Positions 9,507-17,652 of a stretch of 64,000 nucleotides of DNA are shown in pieces. The DNA comes from Clostridiaceae bacterium (GTDB lineage Bacteria > Bacillota > Clostridia > Acetivibrionales > DUMB01), in contig DUMB01000079.1 of NCBI GenBank assembly GCA_012840085.1, positions 43,140-107,139 of the forward strand, given 5' to 3'. The notes below the pieces were generated by a model. The model searched no databases, was not told the origin of the DNA, and saw nothing but the letters and a program-made list of their open reading frames with translations. The translations under genes were made by a program, and so were the position numbers. Numbering within the stretch: position 1 is the first letter of the stretch; each line of letters starts with the position of its first letter.

Positions 9507-11141
9507 TCAGGCAATAACGTCCAATATTGACTTTTCAAGATTCTTAAGTTTTTGTTTGATTGCCTCCACTTCACTGTCATCAGTTTCTCTTTTCAGGTCT
9601 TCTTTGATTATTTCAGACATTTCGTCAATTTCTTCTTTGATTTTTTCAAGATAATCGAGAATCTCCAGTCTCTTAAACCTGAAGACGCTTTCAATCTTCT
9701 GAGGTTTACCTGTAACGTCTGTGACACTTGAAAGTGTAATTATGAATGAATCACCTTTTGAAGGTATTATTGTCTGCAGATTAAATTTATGTTCAAGTTC
9801 ACTGGCGAATTCACGCATTACATTTTCTTCACCATGTACAACAAAGACCTTCCGGGGTTTTTTAACAAATGAACCTACCCACTGCATCAATCCGTCTTTA
9901 TCGGCATGGCCTGAAAATCCTTCAATCATTTCAATTCTGGCATTTATTGAAATTTCTTCTCCAAATATTTTAACGCTTTTTGCCCCGTCTAAAATCCTTC
10001 TTCCAAGAGTTCCTTCAGCCTGGTATCCTACAAAAAGGATTGTGGAATCGCTTCTCCAGAGATTGTGTTTCAGATGATGTTTTATTCTTCCTGCTTCGCA
10101 CATACCACTGGCTGATATTATTATGCTGCTGTCCATTCTTTCATTCAATGCCTTTGATTCATCTGATGTCTTTGTAAAACGCAGTCCTGGAAAGTCCAGC
10201 GGATTATCGCCGCTTTCTATGAATTTCCTTGCTTCTTCATCGAAGCAGTCAAGGTTTTTTCTGAATATTTCTGTTGCGGATATTGCAAGAGGACTGTCTA
10301 TAAAAACAGGTATATTCTTGAAATGCTCATATTTTTCTGCGTATACATCCATGTGCTTATTTAATTCGTATATTATTTCCTGAGTCCTGCCTATGGCAAA
10401 GGAAGGTATAACAACATTGCCGCCCTTGTTCACAGTATCCAGTATTATATTCAAAAACTTTTCAGCTTTATTTTCTCTTTCCCTGTGCAATCTATTGCCA
10501 TATGTTGATTCCATAACCAGATAATCAGCATCCTCAATTATCGCGGGGTCTCTGACTATCGGCATATCTCTGTTGCCAAGATCGCCGGTAAAAACAGTCT
10601 TAATATTCTCTCCGTTTTCATAAACCCAAAGCTCAATTATAGAAGACCCCAGAATATGGCCGGCATCATTGAAACGCACTTTTATGCTGTAGGTTAAATC
10701 AACAATTTCACCGTATTTTACTCCTCTGAAGAGCTTCATACAGTCAACAGCGTCCTGGAGAGTATATAAAGGCTTTACAGGCGGTTTGCCTGCCCTTTTT
10801 CTCTTGCGGTTCTCCCACTCATTTTCAAACTCCTGGATGTGGCCGCTGTCAGGAAGCATTACTGCACAAAGGTCTGCCGTAGCTTTTGTGGTAATAACTT
10901 CACCTTTAAAACCATCCAAATATAATTTTGGTATTCTGCCGCTGTGATCAATGTGGGCATGAGTAAGAAGCACGAAGTCAATATCAGTAGGATTGAAATC
11001 AAAATCCTCTTTATTCATTTCTACCTCTTTTGCCCTGCCCTGGAACATTCCGCAGTCCACAAGAAGCTTGCACTTTTCCGTTTCTACAAGAAAACATGAA
11101 CCGGTTACGGTCTTAGCAGCCCCTAAAAATGTTATTTTCAT
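9507..11141 (-). CDS. MBL-fold metallo-hydrolase, beta-CASP RNA-metabolising nuclease family
   Basis: MKITFLGAAKTVTGSC and the HxHxDH motif (THAHIDHSG) are present, with a beta-CASP-like middle region and a charged coiled-coil tail. The start is set at ATG 11141, preceded by the SD GAGAGGTGGGG. The track start at 11189 is judged too long. Confidence 0.85.
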   Translation of the reverse strand: MKITFLGAAKTVTGSCFLVETEKCKLLVDCGMFQGRAKEVEMNKEDFDFNPTDIDFVLLTHAHIDHSGRIPKLYLDGFKGEVITTKATADLCAVMLPDSGHIQEFENEWENRKRKRAGKPPVKPLYTLQDAVDCMKLFRGVKYGEIVDLTYSIKVRFNDAGHILGSSIIELWVYENGENIKTVFTGDLGNRDMPIVRDPAIIEDADYLVMESTYGNRLHRERENKAEKFLNIILDTVNKGGNVVIPSFAIGRTQEIIYELNKHMDVYAEKYEHFKNIPVFIDSPLAISATEIFRKNLDCFDEEARKFIESGDNPLDFPGLRFTKTSDESKALNERMDSSIIISASGMCEAGRIKHHLKHNLWRSDSTILFVGYQAEGTLGRRILDGAKSVKIFGEEISINARIEMIEGFSGHADKDGLMQWVGSFVKKPRKVFVVHGEENVMREFASELEHKFNLQTIIPSKGDSFIITLSSVTDVTGKPQKIESVFRFKRLEILDYLEKIKEEIDEMSEIIKEDLKRETDDSEVEAIKQKLKNLEKSILDVIA

Positions 11142-11237
11142 TGCAGATACCCCACCTCTCTTTTCCCCTCTACATAAGATCAGGTACAAATTTATACAAG
11201 TTAAATTGTTTACATAAGTTAACTTGCTTTATATAAA

Positions 11238-11349
11238 TTAACTTGTTGTGCCAGCCAATGAGACAGCATTGTGGAGAACACCGGAGCTAGTTTTTATCAG
11301 CCCTTAAGCTCTGAATTCCTGCTATCGGAATGCAAACACAACAAGTTAA
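11238..11349. mobile_element. Copy 1 of a ~110-bp palindromic MITE-like element
   Basis: Termini are TTAACTTGTTGTGCCAGC ... GCAAACACAACAAGTTAA. The internal blocks AGCATTGTGGAG and GAATTCCTGCTATCGG are shared with the copies at 15460 and 36309. Confidence 0.75.
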
Positions 11350-11379
11350 ATTCATATACAAAAATATTCACTCATTTGA

Positions 11380-12363
11380 TTAATACCCTTTTAAGCACTG
11401 CCTTAACAATTTAACACAGTTTTCAATATCAGTAATGTCAGCCATTTCCACCGGGCTGTGCACATACCTGCAAGGAATGGATATTACTCCTGAAGGAACT
11501 CCTCCCCCTGTCACGTGTATTGCACCTGCGTCTGTGCCGCCCTGTTCCATTATCTCAAATTGGTATGGAATTCCTATCTCTTTGGCTGAATTCTCAATAA
11601 GCCTTCTTACCTCAGGATGAGCTATAAACGAACGGTCTTTAATTTTTATGGCAGGTCCGCCGCCGCATTTGACTTCCATCAGTTCACATTCCGGGGTATC
11701 TCCTGTATCAGTTACGTCAATAGCAATTGCAATATCGGGCATTATACCAAACGCTGAGGTTTTTGCACCTCTAAGTCCCAATTCTTCCTGCACTGTAAAT
11801 ACAAAATATATTTCATTGTCTGTATCAGGCATTTCCTGTATTGTCTTAACCAGAACAGCGCAGCCGCCTCTGTCATCAAGGGCTTTTGACATGACCATGT
11901 TGCCTGCCAGCACTGTGTCGCCTACAAAACATGCAGTATCTCCTATCTTCACCTTTTTTTCTGTTTCTTCCCTGCTTTTTGCCCCAATATCGATATACAT
12001 ATTTGATAGTTTCAGATCTTTAATTTCTTTGAGTTTTTGTTCGTAAAAGACAGCACCAGCAGTACCGTTTTTGAACATTACTCTCTGACCCAGTGCAAAA
12101 TACTGCCATACCCAGCCTACGTTTGAAAACCTGATAAATCCTTTTTCATCAATGTATGTAGCCATTACGCCTATTTCGTCCATATGAGCAGCTACCATGA
12201 TTTTTTTGCCGCTGCCTTTTTTAACAGCGATCAGGTTTCCAAGAGCGTCAACTTTTATTTCATCAACTTTTCCATCTATCTCATTTTTTATAACTTCCCT
12301 TATTTGTTCTTCACTGCCAGATACTCCAAAAGAGCCTGCAAGCTTTTTGATTGTTTCAAACAT
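11380..12363 (-). CDS. M42 family metallopeptidase (TET aminopeptidase-like), paralog 3 of 3
   Basis: The M42 pattern is present: GVSGSEEQIRE, AAHMDEIG, VQEELGLRGA, and CRYVHSP near the C-terminus. The start is set at ATG 12363, with GGAGGT 7 nt upstream. The track start at 12378 contains the SD itself. Confidence 0.85.
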   Translation of the reverse strand: MFETIKKLAGSFGVSGSEEQIREVIKNEIDGKVDEIKVDALGNLIAVKKGSGKKIMVAAHMDEIGVMATYIDEKGFIRFSNVGWVWQYFALGQRVMFKNGTAGAVFYEQKLKEIKDLKLSNMYIDIGAKSREETEKKVKIGDTACFVGDTVLAGNMVMSKALDDRGGCAVLVKTIQEMPDTDNEIYFVFTVQEELGLRGAKTSAFGIMPDIAIAIDVTDTGDTPECELMEVKCGGGPAIKIKDRSFIAHPEVRRLIENSAKEIGIPYQFEIMEQGGTDAGAIHVTGGGVPSGVISIPCRYVHSPVEMADITDIENCVKLLRQCLKGY

Positions 12364-13414
12364 TGCAGTTACCTCCATTTAATATTTTTAATGTATAGTC
12401 AGTATTATTCTCAAGTTCTTTTAATACAGCCTCCATCAGCTTTATGCAACCCTCATAATCCTTCCTGCTCATGACTGAGGAAGGTGAGTGTATATACCTG
12501 CAGGGCACTGAAATTGAAGCCACTTTTACACCACAACGGCTTCTCTGAATTTTCCCTGCATCATTTCCTCCCGTCGTAGTTTTTTTGAATTGTACATCAA
12601 TTTTATATTTCCTTGCCGTATCATATATAAAATTTACAACATCCTTATCTGCATATGCTGTTCTGTCCATAACTGTAATAACAGGGCCTTTTCCAAGCTC
12701 CGTAGAATACTCATGTTCCTTTATTCCGGGAACATCGGAACAGGTAGTACCCTCAATTACAATAGCTATATCCGGGTTAATTTGATATCCAACAACTTCA
12801 GAACCTCTTAATCCTATCTCTTCCTGCACGGTAAAACTTGCGTACAGGTCGAATTCATAGCGTTGTTTTAACAGTTCCATTATTATTGCGCAGCCTACTC
12901 TGTCATCCAGCGCTTTTGCTTTTATACAGTCAGAACCCAATTCTGTGAATTTGCTGTCAAAAGCGATATATTCCCCAAGGCCTGCAAGCTTTTCAGCTTC
13001 ATCACGCTTATCACAGCCTATATCAATATACATGCTTTTTATTTTTATATTTTTATCCCTTTCATCCTTTTCTTGCAGATGGATTGGTTTACAGCCTATT
13101 ACTCCTTTCAGCCCCTTATCGCCAACCACCACTCTTTTACCGGGGAGAACCCTTTGATCTATACCTCCGACAGGTCTGAATTTAATCAACCCATCTTCAC
13201 TGTGGCCCGTAACAATAAATCCTACTTCATCCATGTGTGCAGACAGCAACAGTTTAAATTTTGAGGCGGTACCCTTTTTATATGCGATGAGATTTCCTAC
13301 TTTGTCCACTTTAATTTCATCTGCCACATTTTCTATTTCCTTCTTTATGAACTCTCTTACCTTTTCCTCATTGCCGGATACTCCGTTTATCTGAGTTAAA
13401 TTCTTAAGAAGCAT
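12356..13414 (-). CDS. M42 family metallopeptidase, paralog 2 of 3
   Basis: Motifs GVSGNEEKVRE, SAHMDEVG, VQEEIGLRGS and CRYIHSP are present. GGAGGTG lies 6 nt upstream of the ATG, and the ATG abuts the upstream stop. Confidence 0.88.
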   Translation of the reverse strand: MLLKNLTQINGVSGNEEKVREFIKKEIENVADEIKVDKVGNLIAYKKGTASKFKLLLSAHMDEVGFIVTGHSEDGLIKFRPVGGIDQRVLPGKRVVVGDKGLKGVIGCKPIHLQEKDERDKNIKIKSMYIDIGCDKRDEAEKLAGLGEYIAFDSKFTELGSDCIKAKALDDRVGCAIIMELLKQRYEFDLYASFTVQEEIGLRGSEVVGYQINPDIAIVIEGTTCSDVPGIKEHEYSTELGKGPVITVMDRTAYADKDVVNFIYDTARKYKIDVQFKKTTTGGNDAGKIQRSRCGVKVASISVPCRYIHSPSSVMSRKDYEGCIKLMEAVLKELENNTDYTLKILNGGNCNV

Positions 13415-14485
13415 TCATATCACCTCCATATTGCGGGTAAGCCTTGCTATGAATCTTGCTGCCAGCCTTCCTGTATTTTTTATATCGTCAACATGAACTG
13501 TTTCAACTGCAGTGTGCATATATCTGACGGGTATGGACAGCAATACCGTAGGTATGCCGGCGCGGGAAACCTGTGTGGCCCATGCCTCGGTCCCTGTATC
13601 AGAAGGCTCAACGTCTATCTGATACGGAATATTTTCATCCTTTGCCACGTTTATTACAGTCTGGCTCATCTTTCTGTCAAGTACAGGCCCTATACCGACT
13701 GCAGGTCCTTTCCCAAGAGCATAAGTTTCCTCCTTTGACGTGTCAGGCATATTGCCATGACAGGCATCAATAACAATGGCTACATCAGGTTCAATTGCAT
13801 ATGATGAAATGATTGCCCCCGTCAAATGTGTTTCTTCCTGAGTGCTTGCAACAAAATATACATCTGCACCGTGTTTTATGCCTGTCAATTCTTTCATGAT
13901 CTCAATCAAAGCTGTCACTCCGCTTCGGTTGTCAACAGTCTTTGCACTGAATTTTCCATTTTTCAGCTCTGTAAATTCAAAGTCCAATGTTATCAAATCA
14001 CCTATTGAAACCACTTTTTTCAGTTCTTCCGCGCAGATACCTGTATCCACAGCGAGATCTTCAATCTTTATTGATTTATTGGCTTCTGCGGGTTTTAACA
14101 GATGTGGTGGTTTTGCGCCAATTATTCCAGGAATGTCCCTGGTTCCGTGAATGATCACTTCATGAGCCGGAAGGATTTTGGGATCAACTCCTCCAACAGA
14201 AGTTATTCTGATAAAACCTTTTTCGTCGATACTCTTTACCATGAGCCCGATTTCATCCATGTGAGCCATTACAAGTACCTTCATTTTTCTGCCGTCTATG
14301 TACCCGTTTTCATCTGCAGAAGCTGTCATTTTTCCAACTACATTGTAAAACTTGTCTATCCATACTTCTTCACAGAACTCCATAAAGATTTCCTTCAGAC
14401 GTCTTGCCAGAAGTTCCTCGTGCCCGGACACTGCAATGCTGCACGTTAAATCCTTCAAAATGTCCGGAGTCTTCATATTTTTCAT
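13415..14485 (-). CDS. M42 family metallopeptidase, paralog 1 of 3
   Basis: Motifs AVSGHEELLAR, MAHMDEIG, STQEETHLTGA and VRYMHTA are present, with the SD GAGGTGA upstream. Confidence 0.85.
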   Translation of the reverse strand: MKNMKTPDILKDLTCSIAVSGHEELLARRLKEIFMEFCEEVWIDKFYNVVGKMTASADENGYIDGRKMKVLVMAHMDEIGLMVKSIDEKGFIRITSVGGVDPKILPAHEVIIHGTRDIPGIIGAKPPHLLKPAEANKSIKIEDLAVDTGICAEELKKVVSIGDLITLDFEFTELKNGKFSAKTVDNRSGVTALIEIMKELTGIKHGADVYFVASTQEETHLTGAIISSYAIEPDVAIVIDACHGNMPDTSKEETYALGKGPAVGIGPVLDRKMSQTVINVAKDENIPYQIDVEPSDTGTEAWATQVSRAGIPTVLLSIPVRYMHTAVETVHVDDIKNTGRLAARFIARLTRNMEVI

Positions 14486-14533
14486 ATTTTCACCTCGTGT
14501 ATCATTATTTATATGTCTTAACCAGTATAAACC

Positions 14534-14677
14534 TCACATCAAATTAACTGCCATATTTATATCAGCTGCCTTGTTAATATTAGCTGCTATGTTGTTATAA
14601 GTTGCCACGCTGGTGTCAACTGCCATATCGCTATTAGTTGCCGCGTTGATATCAGCTGCTGTTTTGCAGCCCGCCAT
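14534..14677 (-). CDS. Candidate 47-aa small ORF made of hexapeptide repeats (MAGCKT AADINA ATNSDM AVDTSV ATYNNI AANINK AADINM AVNLM)
   Basis: I translated this by hand: ATG at 14677, TGA at 14536-14534. It is on the same strand as the M42 operon and 48 nt upstream of it. Seven in-frame 18-nt units each start with GCA. Ile, Asn and Asp codons vary synonymously between units. The SD is weak (GGGAAG). It falls below the track length cutoff. Confidence 0.4.
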   Translation of the reverse strand: MAGCKTAADINAATNSDMAVDTSVATYNNIAANINKAADINMAVNLM

Positions 14678-14682
14678 TTGCC
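14546..14682. repeat. Array of ~8 degenerate 18-nt tandem units (ARCTGCC-N-TAT-type)
   Basis: Units begin at 14546, 14564, 14582, 14601, 14618, 14636, 14654 and 14668. The array coincides with the candidate sORF. Confidence 0.8.
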
Positions 14683-14829
14683 AGATCTTCCCGGAAAGAG
14701 CTCTTTGCCCGCAGTTATTTTAATTATACCAAATTAATTTGATTAATATTAACATATATTTTGCTCTAAACAATGCAGTTGCATTCTTGGAACCTTTGTT
14801 CTGTCCTGAATAATTTTAAAAATTTTCTC

Positions 14830-14858
14830 TTGACTTAAATCAATAATTGCTATATACT
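14830..14858 (+). promoter_or_regulatory. Sigma-A promoter of the tRNA operon
   Basis: TTGACT (14830-14835), a 17-nt spacer and TATACT (14853-14858) lie 18 nt before the first tRNA. Confidence 0.7.
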
Positions 14859-14875
14859 AGACTCTGTCACTTTGA

Positions 14876-14952
14876 GGGCCTTTAGCTCAGTTGGTTAGAG
14901 CAACCGGCTCATAACCGGTTGGTCCGGGGTTCGAGTCCCTGAAGGCCCACCA
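14876..14952 (+). tRNA. tRNA with CAU anticodon (elongator Met or lysidine-modified Ile2)
   Basis: GGGCCTTTAGCTCAGTTGGTTAGAGCAACCGGCTCATAACCGGTTGGTCCGGGGTTCGAGTCCCTGAAGGCCCACCA folds as a cloverleaf with an encoded CCA. The G1-C72 pair excludes an initiator. Confidence 0.9.
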
Positions 14953-15004
14953 ATAAAGCAGAAACCAGGAATAAGAAATACCTGAAAACTGGATTCTGCC
15001 ATAT

Positions 15005-15080
<76 letters not shown>

Positions 15081-15113
15081 AAATAATATTAATTTAATAT
15101 TTAATTTTATTAT

Positions 15114-15198
15114 GGAGGGATTCCCGAGTGGCCAAAGGGGGCAGACTGTAAATCTGTTGGCACCGCCTTCGATGGTTCGAATCCATCTCCCTCCACCA
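15114..15198 (+). tRNA. tRNA-Tyr (GUA), long variable arm
   Basis: GGAGGGATTCCCGAGTGGCCAAAGGGGGCAGACTGTAAATCTGTTGGCACCGCCTTCGATGGTTCGAATCCATCTCCCTCCACCA. Confidence 0.92.
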
Positions 15199-15201
15199 AA
15201 A

Positions 15202-15238
15202 CTGTGACAGTGACGATTGTTCATTGTCACAGTTTTTT
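15202..15238 (+). terminator. Rho-independent terminator of the tRNA operon
   Basis: The stem CTGTGACAGTGA / TCATTGTCACAG is followed by TTTTTT. Confidence 0.8.
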
Positions 15239-15459
15239 AATTCACCTGATATTAAACTAAATAAATCAGTATATTAATTAATGACAATCCATTGAATCAA
15301 TGTGATTAAATCAATATAATTATTGAATTACTAAATTGAATTATTTATATATAATCATAATTTGGGGACAGGACAAAATTGTTTGTCATAATAATTGAAC
15401 AATTTTATCCCGTCCCCTTAACGCATTACATGTATTACGGCCTTATTTATATTGTTAAT

Positions 15460-15570
15460 TTAATTTGCTATGCCAGGTACTGATATAGCTTTGCGGAGAG
15501 CTTTAGAACTTGCTTTACCAGCTCTTAAACATGGAACTCCTGCTATCGAAATGCCGGCACAGCAAGTTAA
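15460..15570. mobile_element. Copy 3 of the ~110-bp palindromic MITE-like element
   Basis: Termini are TTAATTTGCTATGCCAGG ... CCGGCACAGCAAGTTAA. The internal blocks AGCTTTGCGGAG and GGAACTCCTGCTATCGA match the other copies. The element ends 1 nt from the murD stop codon. Confidence 0.7.
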
Positions 15571-15571
15571 C

Positions 15572-16972
15572 TTACTCCTGAAGATTGTTTACTATTTCCT
15601 TGAACTTGTTCCCTCTTTCCTCAAAATTCCTGAACATGTCAAAGCTTGCACTTGCAGGTGAAAACAGTACGACATCGCCGGAAACGGCATTTTCATATGC
15701 TGTTTGAACTGCCTCTTCCAGAGATTTGCACATGAAAACCGGTATATCTTTTCCCCTGCCCGACCTTTCAATTTCTTTCAGAAGCGCATCCCTTATCTTC
15801 GGACCGGTTGCGCCTGTGAGCACAAGGCACTTGACTCTTTCTGCCATTATTTCACCCATATCATCATAGGGGATATTTTTATCGTATCCTCCTGCAATCA
15901 AAATAACTTTTTGCCTGAAGGACTTTAAGCCGGCCATGGTCCTGCTGGGGCTGGTTCCAATGGAATCATTGTAGAACTTTATGCCCCTCACTTCTCTTGC
16001 AAGCTCTATTCTGTGCTCAACGCCTTTAAATGTTGTTGCCACCCGTTTGATGGTCTCAGGTTTTACGTGTTCGATAACGGCTGCTATTGCGGCCAGATAG
16101 TTTTCCACGTTATGCTCGCCTGGTATAACTATATCATCTGCATTTACAATTTCCAGTGTTTTCCCGGAGCTTTTGTAAACCAACCTGCCATTTTCAAGTA
16201 CAGCTCCGCTGTCGGTCTGTCCACATCTGCTGAAATATACCACCTTGCCTTTTGCTTCTTCTGCAAAACCCTTTGTTATGCTATTATCATAATTCAAAAC
16301 AACCTTGTCATTCTGTCCTTGATATCTGAAAATATTTTTCTTTGCATCAATGTATTCTTCCATGGATTTATGTACATCAAGATGATTTGGTGCCATATTG
16401 GTTACTACGGCAATATTAGGGCTCTTTTGCATTGTATGGAGCTGGAAACTGCTCAGTTCAAGCACTACCTTGTCGCTTTCTTTAATTTCATCAATTTTGT
16501 CCAGAAGGGGTGTCCCTATATTTCCACCAAGCCAGCACCTATATCCTTCTTCTTTAAGTATGTTGTATATAAGGGTTGTGGTAGTTGTTTTTCCGTCACT
16601 TCCTGTAACTGCAAAGATTTCTGCCGGGCACAGCTCAACAAATACTTCCATTTCGGAAGTTACAACAGCACCTCTTTCCCTTTCTTTCACCAGCTCCGGT
16701 ATGTCAAACCTTACTTTAGGTGTTTTGAATATTACATCAAAACCATTTAACTTCGATAAATAATCTTTACCCAGAACATATTTCACATTTAGTCCTGCCA
16801 GGTTGTTGAGTGTTTCTTTAAGTTGGTCTTCATCAGCCTTGTCAAAAGCAGTAATGTCAACTCCGAGTTTTGCAAGATATTTTATTAGCGGAGTATTGCT
16901 TATTCCTATGCCAAGAACTGCCACTTTTTTAGTTTTGATCCAGCTTTTGTATTCATTTAGTTTTGTGTTCAA
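15572..16972 (-). CDS. murD: UDP-N-acetylmuramoyl-L-alanine--D-glutamate ligase
   Basis: 466 aa with an N-terminal Rossmann segment (KVAVLGIGISN), the Mur ligase P-loop (VTGSDGKTTTTTL) and a typical MurD length and layout. Confidence 0.9.
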   Translation of the reverse strand: MNTKLNEYKSWIKTKKVAVLGIGISNTPLIKYLAKLGVDITAFDKADEDQLKETLNNLAGLNVKYVLGKDYLSKLNGFDVIFKTPKVRFDIPELVKERERGAVVTSEMEVFVELCPAEIFAVTGSDGKTTTTTLIYNILKEEGYRCWLGGNIGTPLLDKIDEIKESDKVVLELSSFQLHTMQKSPNIAVVTNMAPNHLDVHKSMEEYIDAKKNIFRYQGQNDKVVLNYDNSITKGFAEEAKGKVVYFSRCGQTDSGAVLENGRLVYKSSGKTLEIVNADDIVIPGEHNVENYLAAIAAVIEHVKPETIKRVATTFKGVEHRIELAREVRGIKFYNDSIGTSPSRTMAGLKSFRQKVILIAGGYDKNIPYDDMGEIMAERVKCLVLTGATGPKIRDALLKEIERSGRGKDIPVFMCKSLEEAVQTAYENAVSGDVVLFSPASASFDMFRNFEERGNKFKEIVNNLQE

Positions 16973-17079
16973 TATGATTCCTCCTCAATATTTTAAGAAA
17001 AATTGATTAATATACTGAAAATAAAATAAAACTCAATAAAAATATATATTCATTTTTAAAAAATAATTATAATTTATAC

Positions 17080-17108
17080 TTGCAAAATAATATTTTTTCT
17101 AGTACAAT
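17080..17108 (+). promoter_or_regulatory. Sigma-A promoter of tRNA-Leu
   Basis: TTGCAA (17080-17085), a 17-nt spacer and TACAAT (17103-17108). Confidence 0.65.
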
Positions 17109-17129
17109 AAGTATTGCGTTTTCAAACAC

Positions 17130-17216
17130 GCGGATGTGGTGGAATTGGCAGACACGTTAGATTCAGGTTCTAATGGTCGCAAGGCCATGCAGGTTCAAGT
17201 CCTGTCATCCGCACCA
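17130..17216 (+). tRNA. tRNA-Leu (CAG)
   Basis: GCGGATGTGGTGGAATTGGCAGACACGTTAGATTCAGGTTCTAATGGTCGCAAGGCCATGCAGGTTCAAGTCCTGTCATCCGCACCA, with a long variable arm. Confidence 0.9.
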
Positions 17217-17225
17217 ACCAGCAAG

Positions 17226-17267
17226 GAGAATTACAAAGTCTAAAGGATTTTGTAATTCTTCTTTTTT
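17226..17267 (+). terminator. Rho-independent terminator after tRNA-Leu
   Basis: GAATTACAAA (17228-17237) pairs with TTTGTAATTC (17249-17258), followed by a T-run. Confidence 0.75.
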
Positions 17268-17594
17268 GTTGTTGTCACAACCTGGCCGCAAAGCATGCCG
17301 TCATGTCAACAACAAACACGGTTTTCTTTATAGTATAACCTCCTTTACCGAGTATAGTACATTTAGGCAAGCCGGTAAAGAGTTTTTGCATTTAAGTCTT
17401 TACATTTAAGTCTGTTTTCTTAACATATAAGTCTGTTTCCTTCACATATTTATAAATAAGTTTGCTTATCATTATTTATAATAAATATGGTATTTAGCTT
17501 AAAAAAATAAGGTATTCAGCTTTAAAATTTAAAACATTTAAAGAATAAATCCTGTAATGACATACTTACGTCATATTGTAATATCAAAGTGTAT

Positions 17595-17640
17595 AAAATA
17601 AAAAATTCCGACGCTGACCTTAAGGTACAAACGCCGGAAT
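17595..17640 (-). terminator. Rho-independent terminator after the flavin reductase-rubredoxin gene
   Basis: On the minus strand TTCCGGCG ... CGTCGGAA is followed by TTTTTTATTTT. Confidence 0.7.
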
Positions 17641-17652
17641 ACATCATTTTTT

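Noticed and set aside
14531-14737. Plus-strand reading of the 18-nt repeats (NCHIYISCLVNISCYVVISCHAGVNCHIAISCRVDISCC...), a striking Cys-periodic peptide
   Set aside because: The frame is open for 68 codons but has no ATG, GTG or TTG before the repeats. It is also antisense to the operon direction. The minus-strand sORF is the better candidate.
15470-15661. 63-aa plus-strand ORF
   Set aside because: It runs through MITE copy 3 and antisense into the murD 3' end. It has no SD and a non-protein-like context.
16013-16750. 245-aa plus-strand ORF (and 16398..16763)
   Set aside because: These are shadow ORFs antisense to murD with low-complexity Cys/Phe-rich text.
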